A stretch of 64,000 nucleotides of DNA from Trueperaceae bacterium (GTDB lineage Bacteria; Deinococcota; Deinococci; Deinococcales; Trueperaceae): positions 25,103 to 89,102 of the forward strand of contig DASSXV010000075.1 in NCBI GenBank assembly GCA_035703635.1, given 5' to 3'. Both the position numbers and the translations under genes were made by a program. The notes below the pieces were generated by a model. The model made no database searches. It was not told the DNA's origin and was given only the letters and a program-made list of their open reading frames with translations. This document shows, piece after piece, positions 50,105 to 58,358 of this stretch (its first letter is position 1; the number at the start of each line of letters is the position of its first letter).

Positions 50105-51193
50105 ATGAGCCCAAACCTTCCTCACGACACCGACTTCGAGCTAATGCGGAAACTCGTCGATATCCCCGGGCTATCGGGGTTCGAGGAGCAGGCGCAGGCA
50201 CTCGTCCACGCCGAACTCGCGGCCCACGCGGACGAGATCTGGCGCGACCGGATGGGCAACGTTATCGCCGTGAAGCGCGCTAAGGCCAAGCCCGGCGTCC
50301 CGACTCGGCGCCTCATGTATGCCGCTCACATAGACGAGATCGGCATGATGGTCAATCACATCGACGAGAACGGCTTCATCCGCTTCCAGACCGTCGGCGG
50401 CCTCGACCCGCGCACGCTACCTAGCGAGCGCGTCATCGTGCACGGCACGAAAGACGGCAACCGCCAACTGAAGGGTGTCATCGCCCCGCAGGCAGGCTGG
50501 CTTGGTGCGCCGGGTGACAGGGAGCGCGTCTTCAAGGTCCCGGAGCTGTACATCGACTTGGGCCTCACCGCGTCCGAAGCGCACGCCCAAGTGCACCGCG
50601 GGGACGTGATAACCCTTGCCGCCCCGTTCGACCGGCTCAATGAGGACGTCGTGGTAGGCCGCAACTTCGACGACCGCATCGGCGTCTACTGCCTCATCAA
50701 GGCGTTCAGGGAGATCGAGAACCCAACCGTTGATGTTTACGCCGTCAGCACCGTGCAGGAGGAGGTTGGGGTACGGGGAGTGCCAACGGCCGCACACGCC
50801 ATCGAACCGGACATCGCGCTTGCCATAGACGGCAGCCTTCCATCCGATACCCCCTACGCCAGGCCGGAAGAACGGCAGTGTCAGCTGGGGGACGGCACCG
50901 GCATCTACCTGATCGACAACCGCACCATCGGCACTCCCGCGCTAGTGTCAGCGCTCATGGCAACGTGCGACAAGCACGGCATCGCCTATCAGCGCAACAT
51001 CGGGGGCGCAACCGACGCGTCGGAGATCCAGCGCCGCAACCTGGGGGCGTGGGCGACGACCATCGGCGCGCCAACGCGCTACATGCACTCGACCGTCCAA
51101 CTCTGTCACCTCGCCGATGTCGAGGCGACCGTCAAGCTCCTCGCCCGCTTCCCTCAGCACGCCGCCGACATCCTGCCGGCTGATTGGAGATAG
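50105..51193 (+). CDS. M42 family metalloaminopeptidase
   Basis: AAHIDEIG, DDRIG, VQEEVG, AID, RYMHS. Confidence 0.92.
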   Translation: MSPNLPHDTDFELMRKLVDIPGLSGFEEQAQALVHAELAAHADEIWRDRMGNVIAVKRAKAKPGVPTRRLMYAAHIDEIGMMVNHIDENGFIRFQTVGGLDPRTLPSERVIVHGTKDGNRQLKGVIAPQAGWLGAPGDRERVFKVPELYIDLGLTASEAHAQVHRGDVITLAAPFDRLNEDVVVGRNFDDRIGVYCLIKAFREIENPTVDVYAVSTVQEEVGVRGVPTAAHAIEPDIALAIDGSLPSDTPYARPEERQCQLGDGTGIYLIDNRTIGTPALVSALMATCDKHGIAYQRNIGGATDASEIQRRNLGAWATTIGAPTRYMHSTVQLCHLADVEATVKLLARFPQHAADILPADWR

Positions 51194-51196
51194 TTC

Positions 51197-52351
51197 GTGA
51201 AGATCACGGGTATCGACCTCTTCCCCGTCCGCCTTCACCCAGTGAAGACTGGCTACCGCGCCGAGGACGAGCTCTCCACCATCGCGCGCGTCGACACCAT
51301 CCTCATCCGCATAAACACGGACACCGAGCTCTACGGCCTCGGCGAGGCGGCCACCATCCGGTCGTACTTCAACCAGACGGGCAGCACCATGCTCGAGTGG
51401 CTGCGCGACTCGGCCTCGGTTCTCGTCGGCGCGAACCCGTTGAACTTCGCGGACGTGCATAGACGCATCCACCCAGTTAGCGGCGAGAAACCACCCGGCA
51501 CCCAGCCTGCTAGGGCCGCCATCGACATGGCGCTTCACGACCTCGCTGGCCGCGCCTACGGCGTGCCGGTTTACGACCTGCTCGGCGGCGCCTACCGCAC
51601 CGAGTTCGAAATGCTAACCAACCTGTACGACGAGACAGCCGAGGAGAAGGTCGCTTCTGCGCTCGAGTTCATCTCGAAGGGCTTCAAGGGCCTGAAGATC
51701 AAGGTCGGCGACAGCTTCATCATGGGCGGTTACAGCATGGCTAACGTGCAGCACGAGCTCGGCATGCTGCAGGCCGTGCTTGAGGCCGTACCTAGCGACG
51801 TCTACATCGACGCCGACTCGAACCAGTCGTGGCAGACAGCCAAGTTCGCCGTGCGGGCAGTAGAGCTCCTCACGCAGGACCGCTTCTACCCCAACCTCTC
51901 GATCGAGCAACCGCTTCACCACCTCGATTTCGCTGGCCACGGCTACGTGCGCAACGCACTCAAGGTGCCGCTGATCCTGGACGAGACGATCGTCTCGCCA
52001 GAAGCGATGCTGCAGGCCGTGAAGCACGACGCTTGCGACCGCATCGTCCTCAAGATGAACCGCGTTGGCGGCTACCTTAACGCCAAGCGGATCGCGGCGA
52101 TCTGTGAGGCGGAGGGCATCGGAATCAGTCTCGACACTATGCCTTTCACGAAGCTCGGCGACACGGCCCACTGCCACTTGGCGGCATCGCTGCGCGACCC
52201 GTACCCCGTCGATGCGGAGGGCCACCTGTGGTTCGCAGATACGCCCATCATCGGCGGGCTCGAAGTGACAGGCGGCAGCGCCAAGATCAGTGACGCCCCT
52301 GGTCTAGGAGTCGAGCTCGACTTCGCGAAGCTGGAGGCGATGGCCGTCTGA
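51197..52351 (+). CDS. Enolase superfamily (MLE subgroup) epimerase/racemase-like enzyme
   Basis: AAIDMALHDL, KIK, DSNQ, IEQP, LDE, LK...GG. Confidence 0.88.
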   Translation: MKITGIDLFPVRLHPVKTGYRAEDELSTIARVDTILIRINTDTELYGLGEAATIRSYFNQTGSTMLEWLRDSASVLVGANPLNFADVHRRIHPVSGEKPPGTQPARAAIDMALHDLAGRAYGVPVYDLLGGAYRTEFEMLTNLYDETAEEKVASALEFISKGFKGLKIKVGDSFIMGGYSMANVQHELGMLQAVLEAVPSDVYIDADSNQSWQTAKFAVRAVELLTQDRFYPNLSIEQPLHHLDFAGHGYVRNALKVPLILDETIVSPEAMLQAVKHDACDRIVLKMNRVGGYLNAKRIAAICEAEGIGISLDTMPFTKLGDTAHCHLAASLRDPYPVDAEGHLWFADTPIIGGLEVTGGSAKISDAPGLGVELDFAKLEAMAV

Positions 52352-53724
52352 GGCAACCAAACGTCCTATGGATCATCGCTGACCAGCTGCGCTTTCACGC
52401 GCTGGGCTTCGCCGGTGACCCTAACGCCAGAACCCCAGCCATCGACGCGTTGGCTAGCAGCGGCGTAAGTTGCACCAACGCCACAACCCCCTCGCCGGTA
52501 TGCACACCGGCGAGGGCGGCGTTGATGGCCGCGCAGCCGGGCAACGTGACTGGCGTCGAGCGTCACGGCGACTTCCTCGACCCGAGTACCCAGACGGTGG
52601 CGCACGCTTTCGCTGCCGGCGGCTACCGCACCTCGTACGTCGGCAAGTGGCACCTGGCGCCGGAGTCGGGGGCTCACATGGTGAGCGCAGAGGGTTGGGT
52701 TGGCCAGGACTTCTGGGTGCATCCGCGCCTCCGCGGCGGCTTCCAGGACTGGTTCGGCTTCAACCTGTCGAACAACTACTACCGCACGTACATCGCTTCT
52801 GGGGAGAAGGTTGAGCCGCTCGCCCTAGGTGGTTACCAGACGGACGCGCTTACGGACCTGAGCATCGATTACCTCAGCGAGCGCGCGGCCAAGCACCCAA
52901 CCGAGCCCTGGTTTCATGTCCTCAGCTACGAGAGCCCTCACCCCGGCGCTGGTCAGGCGGGGGGCGGCGCCGGCGGTTATCCCGTGCCTGAACCGTACGC
53001 CTCGATGTTCCAACCGGAAGCGCTCAGGCTGAGGGCGAACGTGCCACCCGATCACGTCACAGCGGCGCGGGAGCAGCTTGCGGGCTACTACAGGTTGATC
53101 GCCAACCTCGACTTCAACGTCGGGCGGCTACTCGAGGCGCTAGACTCGCTCGGCCAAACTGACGACACGCTCGTCGTCTTCACGTCTGATCACGGGGAGA
53201 TGGGCGGCAGCCACGGGCTACGCAACAAGCAAGTTCCCTTCGATGAGTCACTCCGAGTTCCCCTGCTGTTCCGTTTGCCTGGGCGCACGCCGCTTGGGGC
53301 CTCGCTAGCTAGCCCACTCTCGCTGATCGATATCGCGCCAACCAGCCTCGGACTGGTGGGCCTTGGTCGCATGGTGGGCGTGAAGGGTATAGACCACTCT
53401 GAGTGGGTGACCGGTAGCGCGGCCGCCGCCGAGCCGCCGCGGGGCGCCGTCCTGGTGCAGTGGAACGACACTCGCTTCGGCTTCGGTGATCACCCTTACA
53501 GGGCCGTGCGCACGCCGCGCTACTCGTTCGTTGTTGGGGAGCATGACGAGTTCTGCTTGCTCTTCGACCGCGATCAGGACCCGTTCGAGCTCGACAACCT
53601 GTATGGACACTTGGGGCACGCCGCGGTGCAGCAAGAGTTGTCACGGCGATTGATCACCCTGCTCGCGGAGGCGGGCGAGGAGCCACCTCACTACGTGGTC
53701 AGCAGGCTAGGCCACTCGACTTGA
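52348..53724 (+). CDS. Cys-type (formylglycine-dependent) sulfatase, probable CTG start
   Basis: PNVLWIIADQLR, CTPAR, GKWHL, PH, FTSDHG, K-VPFDES. The N-terminal motif lies upstream of the first ATG/GTG/TTG. Confidence 0.88.
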   Translation: MRQPNVLWIIADQLRFHALGFAGDPNARTPAIDALASSGVSCTNATTPSPVCTPARAALMAAQPGNVTGVERHGDFLDPSTQTVAHAFAAGGYRTSYVGKWHLAPESGAHMVSAEGWVGQDFWVHPRLRGGFQDWFGFNLSNNYYRTYIASGEKVEPLALGGYQTDALTDLSIDYLSERAAKHPTEPWFHVLSYESPHPGAGQAGGGAGGYPVPEPYASMFQPEALRLRANVPPDHVTAAREQLAGYYRLIANLDFNVGRLLEALDSLGQTDDTLVVFTSDHGEMGGSHGLRNKQVPFDESLRVPLLFRLPGRTPLGASLASPLSLIDIAPTSLGLVGLGRMVGVKGIDHSEWVTGSAAAAEPPRGAVLVQWNDTRFGFGDHPYRAVRTPRYSFVVGEHDEFCLLFDRDQDPFELDNLYGHLGHAAVQQELSRRLITLLAEAGEEPPHYVVSRLGHST

Positions 53725-53786
53725 CCCACTCGCCGATGTGGCTTCTCGCAAATTGCAACTTGCATTACATTTGATAGGCTCGCCCG

Positions 53787-55037
53787 ATGAGACGTTTTCG
53801 CCTTCGCCTTCTTACGTTGACCGCCGCCGGACTACTCGTCGTCTCCGCGTGCACGCCACCCAAGCCTGCGCCTCTCGCGACCTACCTCGACCCGGCGGGG
53901 CCGGTCGAGGCGCGAGTCGGCACTTCCGTGACGTTCGAGGCTCAGAACTTCCCTGGCGCCGTCGAATGGGCCGTGGACGGCGTAGTGGGCGGGGCACCGG
54001 GCATTGGCAGCATCGCGGACGGCCTCTTCGTTGCGCCGTCACGCGTGCCCGCGATGGGTGCGGTGGTCGTCAGCGCTACGAGCGAGTCGAACCCAAGCGA
54101 AACGGCGACTGCCTCGGTGACCATTACGGCGCCGGGGACCGTTTACATTCTCGACGAGACCATTTACGTACTCGGGGCGCTCGACACCGTAGAGGGGGAC
54201 GTTGCAGCCGACCGCACCTTCACTCTTGCCGGCCCAGCGAACTCCCCCATTGCCATGGCTGGGGCTCCGGCTCTTGACTTGGCGTTCATCGCCGCGGCCT
54301 GGGACTCATCTCGCATTGTGCGCGTGAACAGCCTCTCCACGGCAACCGGCGAGGTCACGGGAACGGAGTTCTCCACCCTTGGCTACACCAACCCGACGGG
54401 CCTGGCTTACGACCAGGAGCGCGACATCCTCTACGCGCTGTTTGAAGGCGCGCTAGTCGCCTACCACGGGGCCTCGACAGCTGGCGTGGGCGCGGTACCT
54501 GACCGGGTGGTCGCGGGACCGAGCCTCACCGATTGGTTCGTCAATGACAGTCGACTAGCTCTGGACGTGGCGAACGACCGCCTCTTCCTCGCGGTGTCCG
54601 AATGGGTGACGCTTGGTGTCTATGACGACGCCTCGGCGCTAGATGGAGAAGTCACCCCAGACCGCACGATGACCCTGGACGCCCCAGCCAATTTCTTCTG
54701 GGGCCTGGATTACGACGCGTCGCGCGACGAGCTCTACGTTGGGGATCAGAAGCTAGGCGTTGGCGTCTACGTGGTCGCCAACGCTTCGGCCGCCACTGGT
54801 CTGGTAGAACCTTCGAGGAGCCTCGGTGGCCCGACGTATCCCCTCCAAGGTGCCTCTCAGGTCATCTACGACGTCACCAACGACAGACTGGTGGTCATCG
54901 ATGCGTATGGCGACGACGTGAAGGTATACGACGACGCCTCGACGCTGAATGGTGACGTGGCGCCGACACGCGTGATCGGCGGTCCGCTACTTCCGATCGT
55001 GTACCCGTTCGGCGGCTTCATCGATCCTGCCCAGTAA
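53787..55037 (+). CDS. Lipoprotein with an Ig-like domain and a repeat beta-propeller
   Basis: Lipobox VSA-C; repeats VYDDASALDGEVTPDR, VYDDASTLNGDVAPTR, VVANASAATGLVEPSR. Confidence 0.75.
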   Translation: MRRFRLRLLTLTAAGLLVVSACTPPKPAPLATYLDPAGPVEARVGTSVTFEAQNFPGAVEWAVDGVVGGAPGIGSIADGLFVAPSRVPAMGAVVVSATSESNPSETATASVTITAPGTVYILDETIYVLGALDTVEGDVAADRTFTLAGPANSPIAMAGAPALDLAFIAAAWDSSRIVRVNSLSTATGEVTGTEFSTLGYTNPTGLAYDQERDILYALFEGALVAYHGASTAGVGAVPDRVVAGPSLTDWFVNDSRLALDVANDRLFLAVSEWVTLGVYDDASALDGEVTPDRTMTLDAPANFFWGLDYDASRDELYVGDQKLGVGVYVVANASAATGLVEPSRSLGGPTYPLQGASQVIYDVTNDRLVVIDAYGDDVKVYDDASTLNGDVAPTRVIGGPLLPIVYPFGGFIDPAQ

Positions 55038-55106
55038 CAGGGCGTGATTTGGTGGAGCACCAAGGAGCGGCCTGGGAGTCCACTTGTGACCCGCCCAAAA
55101 CAGAAC

Positions 55107-55134
55107 GGGGCCCCACCTTGATCGGTGGGGCCCC
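55107..55134 (-). terminator. Intrinsic terminator downstream of the cold-shock gene
   Basis: GGGGCCCCACC-N6-GGTGGGGCCCC followed on the - strand by GTTCTGTTTT. Confidence 0.75.
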
Positions 55135-55205
55135 ATTACTTTGAAGGTAATCCGCGGTGCGCGCCTAGCCTAGGCCGTGCGCTCGCCGCGCTGAAAAGCT
55201 AGAAG

Positions 55206-55427
55206 TTAGTAGCGGCCCGCAGCCTTCGTGACGGTGACGTTCGCCGCCTGGAGGCCCTTCTGGCCCTGCTCGACGCGGAACTCGACCTCGTCGCCCTCGT
55301 TAAGGTTACGGAAGCCCTCACCCTGGATGGCGGAGAAGTGAACGAAGACGTCCTTGCCGCCGTCGTCCTGCTCGATGAAGCCGAAGCCCTTTTCGCCGTT
55401 GAACCACTTGACTTTGCCTGTTGCCAT
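55206..55427 (-). CDS. cspA: Cold-shock protein
   Basis: GKVKWFN, KGFGFI (RNP1), VFVHF (RNP2). Confidence 0.95.
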   Translation of the reverse strand: MATGKVKWFNGEKGFGFIEQDDGGKDVFVHFSAIQGEGFRNLNEGDEVEFRVEQGQKGLQAANVTVTKAAGRY

Positions 55428-55574
55428 GATGTCTTGCCTGACTGCTAAAACTGGTTTAGCGCTTGAATTTCCGAGCCTCGCGGCCCGAGTTACGAGAAAA
55501 CCTTACAGCTTTCTGGGAACGACCCAGGTTACGACATTTCTCCGGAGAATGCACGTTCTGGCCTACATGGAACC

Positions 55575-56651
55575 TTAATGGTTGCCTCCGGCCCCTTCCA
55601 GGCGCGCTGCGACGACCATGGCGTGCGACCACAGCAGTGGCTTGGCAGACGGCCCCCAGCAACTAGTCCAGTGTTCTAGGAAGAACGGGTGGGCGTCGGC
55701 GCCAGGGACTTGTTCTGGCAGCCCGCCGTCAGGGTCGCGTTGCGCCTCCACCCACTCGAGTAGCGCATCTGCTTCCGCTGGGCGTCCGGCACGCCGCCGG
55801 TGCCAAGCTAACCAGGCGGTGAGCAACACCCACTCACCGCCGCCGTAGTAGGTGTCTGCGGCGTAGCGGCGCAGGCCTCCGCCAAGAAGCTCATGCTCTA
55901 TGCGCGTCACCGTGGCCGTCATGCGCGAGTCGGACACCGGCACGATGTCGAAGGGCGTTGCAAGCCAGAGGAGCGCTGAGTCCACCGCTGGGTTGCGCAC
56001 ATGCTTCACGAACGTCCCGTCAACTGTGCACTCTTGGAAGAGGAAGTCGCGGGCGGCCTGCGCCACCGCGCCGGCGGTGGCGGCCACCGCCGGAACCACC
56101 AGCGCGATGTCTCGCAAGCCGGCCGCCACGGACGCCAGCGTGGCCGTGTGCAGTTGGCTGCGGTGCTCCTCCCACGAGTCGTAACAGGGTTCGTTCCAGA
56201 AGGCCGCCAGGTAGCGCACGACGACCTCAACGGTCGCCGCCACCTCATCCGCCAGGTCGTCAGTGCCCGTGGCGCGCGCGTGGGCGGCTAAGCTCCACAG
56301 CCACTGCCCGTAGCCGTCTATTTGAAAATTCGGCCAACCGTCACGCACCCACTCGCCGCTGACGGCGAAGCGCGCCGGGAGGAACTCGAACTCACTGATG
56401 GGCTCACCCGCGGCGCGCGCCCCGATCAACCGGTCAACGTGGCCGCTCAGGGGGAGGATGCAGCTGGCGACCCAGCCGTGGAAACGCGCAGCGCTTTCGT
56501 GCTCCCCTGCCAGGTCGAGGGCGTGAGCTATGAACGCCCCATCACGCAGCCACGACTGCCCGTACTGCGAGAAGCCAGCTCCCGCCGAGAAGGCCCCGCT
56601 TCTGTCCTGCGCGTTCACCAGGCGCCGTATGTCTGCTTTGACGTCCGTCAC
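55575..56651 (-). CDS. GH15 glycoside hydrolase, isomaltose glucohydrolase-like
   Basis: SWLRDG, FQIDGYG, DSWEE, RRYAADTYYGGG-W, LPEQ, PLLWSHA. Confidence 0.85.
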   Translation of the reverse strand: MTDVKADIRRLVNAQDRSGAFSAGAGFSQYGQSWLRDGAFIAHALDLAGEHESAARFHGWVASCILPLSGHVDRLIGARAAGEPISEFEFLPARFAVSGEWVRDGWPNFQIDGYGQWLWSLAAHARATGTDDLADEVAATVEVVVRYLAAFWNEPCYDSWEEHRSQLHTATLASVAAGLRDIALVVPAVAATAGAVAQAARDFLFQECTVDGTFVKHVRNPAVDSALLWLATPFDIVPVSDSRMTATVTRIEHELLGGGLRRYAADTYYGGGEWVLLTAWLAWHRRRAGRPAEADALLEWVEAQRDPDGGLPEQVPGADAHPFFLEHWTSCWGPSAKPLLWSHAMVVAARLEGAGGNH

Positions 56652-56652
56652 G

Positions 56653-57489
56653 TCACCCCTTTACTCCAGACCCAGCCACGCCCTCGATCACCCAGCGCTG
56701 CGCGACTAGGAAGACGAGGATGGTTGGGATGGTGGCCAGCACCGTCCCGGCCATGACCACGTTCCACTGTGTCTGCCCTGGGTAGAGTCCCTGAAGCGCC
56801 GAGAGCGCAACCGGCAGGGTCATCAGGTTGCGGTCGTTGATGATGAGTAGCGGCCACAGGAAGTTGTTCCACGACCCCATGAAAGACAGCACCGTCAACG
56901 TCGCGACTGCCGGACCAGTCATGGGTAGGACGACGCGCAGGAAGGTTGCGAAGGTGCCCGCCCCGTCGATGGTGGCGGCCTCCTCCAACTCGCGCGGAAT
57001 GGACAGGAAGAACTGACGCATGAAGAAGGTGCCGAAGGCGCTGAACATTCCGGGAACGATGAGGCCAGCGTATGAGTTCGCCCAGCCCATCTTCGTGACC
57101 AGGATGAAGAGCGGCGTGATGATCACGGCGAACGGCACCATGAGGGTGGCTAGGTAGACGGCGAAGAGCGCGTCCCGGCCCCTGAAGTTGAAGCGCGCGA
57201 ACGCGTAGCCGGCCATCGAGCACACCACCAGCTGGCCTAGGGTCGTCGTCGCGGCGACCAGCAAGGAGTTGCCGAACACACGCAAGAACGGGAAGCGCGT
57301 GAGCACCCTGGTGTAGGCCGCCACCGTCGGTTCGCTTGGCACGAGTTGAGGCGGCAGGCTGAGGAGGGCGCCGCTGGGCTTGAGCGACGTTGCGATGGCC
57401 CACACGAACGGCGTGACCATAGCTAGGCCGCCAGCGAGCGCGATCACCGTGAGCACGCCGATGCGCCAGGGGAACTTGCGCCGCTTCAT
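56653..57489 (-). CDS. Carbohydrate ABC permease (MalG-like)
   Basis: AGYAFAR, IPRELEEAATIDGA, SWNNFLWP. Confidence 0.93.
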   Translation of the reverse strand: MKRRKFPWRIGVLTVIALAGGLAMVTPFVWAIATSLKPSGALLSLPPQLVPSEPTVAAYTRVLTRFPFLRVFGNSLLVAATTTLGQLVVCSMAGYAFARFNFRGRDALFAVYLATLMVPFAVIITPLFILVTKMGWANSYAGLIVPGMFSAFGTFFMRQFFLSIPRELEEAATIDGAGTFATFLRVVLPMTGPAVATLTVLSFMGSWNNFLWPLLIINDRNLMTLPVALSALQGLYPGQTQWNVVMAGTVLATIPTILVFLVAQRWVIEGVAGSGVKG

Positions 57490-58355
57490 GCCCGAGCCTT
57501 GTTGAGGCGGTAGAAGAAGTACGTGACGGCGAAGATCATGACGAACAGCACCCACGACCACGCGGACGCGTACCCCATCTTGCTGTACGAGAAGGCGTGC
57601 GCCACGATGCGCTCGACCATGGTCATCGTCGCGCCGGCTGGCCCGCCCTCAGTCATGACGTAGACCTGATCGAACACCTGGAACGAACCGATGAGGCTGA
57701 TGCTGAGGCAAAAGATCAGCGACGGCGTGAGGAGCGGCAGCGTTATGGCCCACAGGCTCTGCGGACGGTTGGCGCCGTCGATGCTCGCCGCCTCGTAGTA
57801 CTCGCGCGGTATGCCCTGGAGTCCAGCTAACAGGATGACCATGATGAAGCCGGTGTCCTTCCAGACGCTCGTGAGGATGATGGCTGGCATCGCCCAGTTG
57901 GGGTCGAAGAGCCACGCTGGTCCCGTCAACCCAAGCAAGTCGAGCCCGTTGTTGATGAGCCCGTACACCGGGTTGAAGAGCCACTTCCACACGAGCGCGA
58001 CGGCTACCCACGACGTGACGACCGGCACGAAGTACATGACGCGGAAACCCTGTTTGAATGGGATCTTGCTGTTGAGCAGCACGGCGATTAGCAGCCCGAT
58101 GGTTATGACGAGCGGCACGTAGCCGACGAGGAACTTCAACGTGTTCTTGAGCGTGTGCCAGAACTCCTTGTCGCTCATCAACTGTTGGTAGTTCCCGCCT
58201 CCCACGAACTTGGGCGGCGTCAGCAGGTCCCAGTTCGTGAACGACAGGCCGAGAGAGGCAAGCATCGGCCCGATCGTGAAGATCAGCAGACCGATCACGC
58301 TCGGGCCAAGGAAGAGCGCCAGCACCCCGAAGCGTCGCCAGCCCCGCTCGTACAC
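57486..58355 (-). CDS. Carbohydrate ABC permease (MalF-like)
   Basis: LAGLQGIPREYYEAASIDGA, SFQVFDQ, GGP. Confidence 0.93.
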   Translation of the reverse strand: MYERGWRRFGVLALFLGPSVIGLLIFTIGPMLASLGLSFTNWDLLTPPKFVGGGNYQQLMSDKEFWHTLKNTLKFLVGYVPLVITIGLLIAVLLNSKIPFKQGFRVMYFVPVVTSWVAVALVWKWLFNPVYGLINNGLDLLGLTGPAWLFDPNWAMPAIILTSVWKDTGFIMVILLAGLQGIPREYYEAASIDGANRPQSLWAITLPLLTPSLIFCLSISLIGSFQVFDQVYVMTEGGPAGATMTMVERIVAHAFSYSKMGYASAWSWVLFVMIFAVTYFFYRLNKARA

Positions 58356-58358
58356 GCC

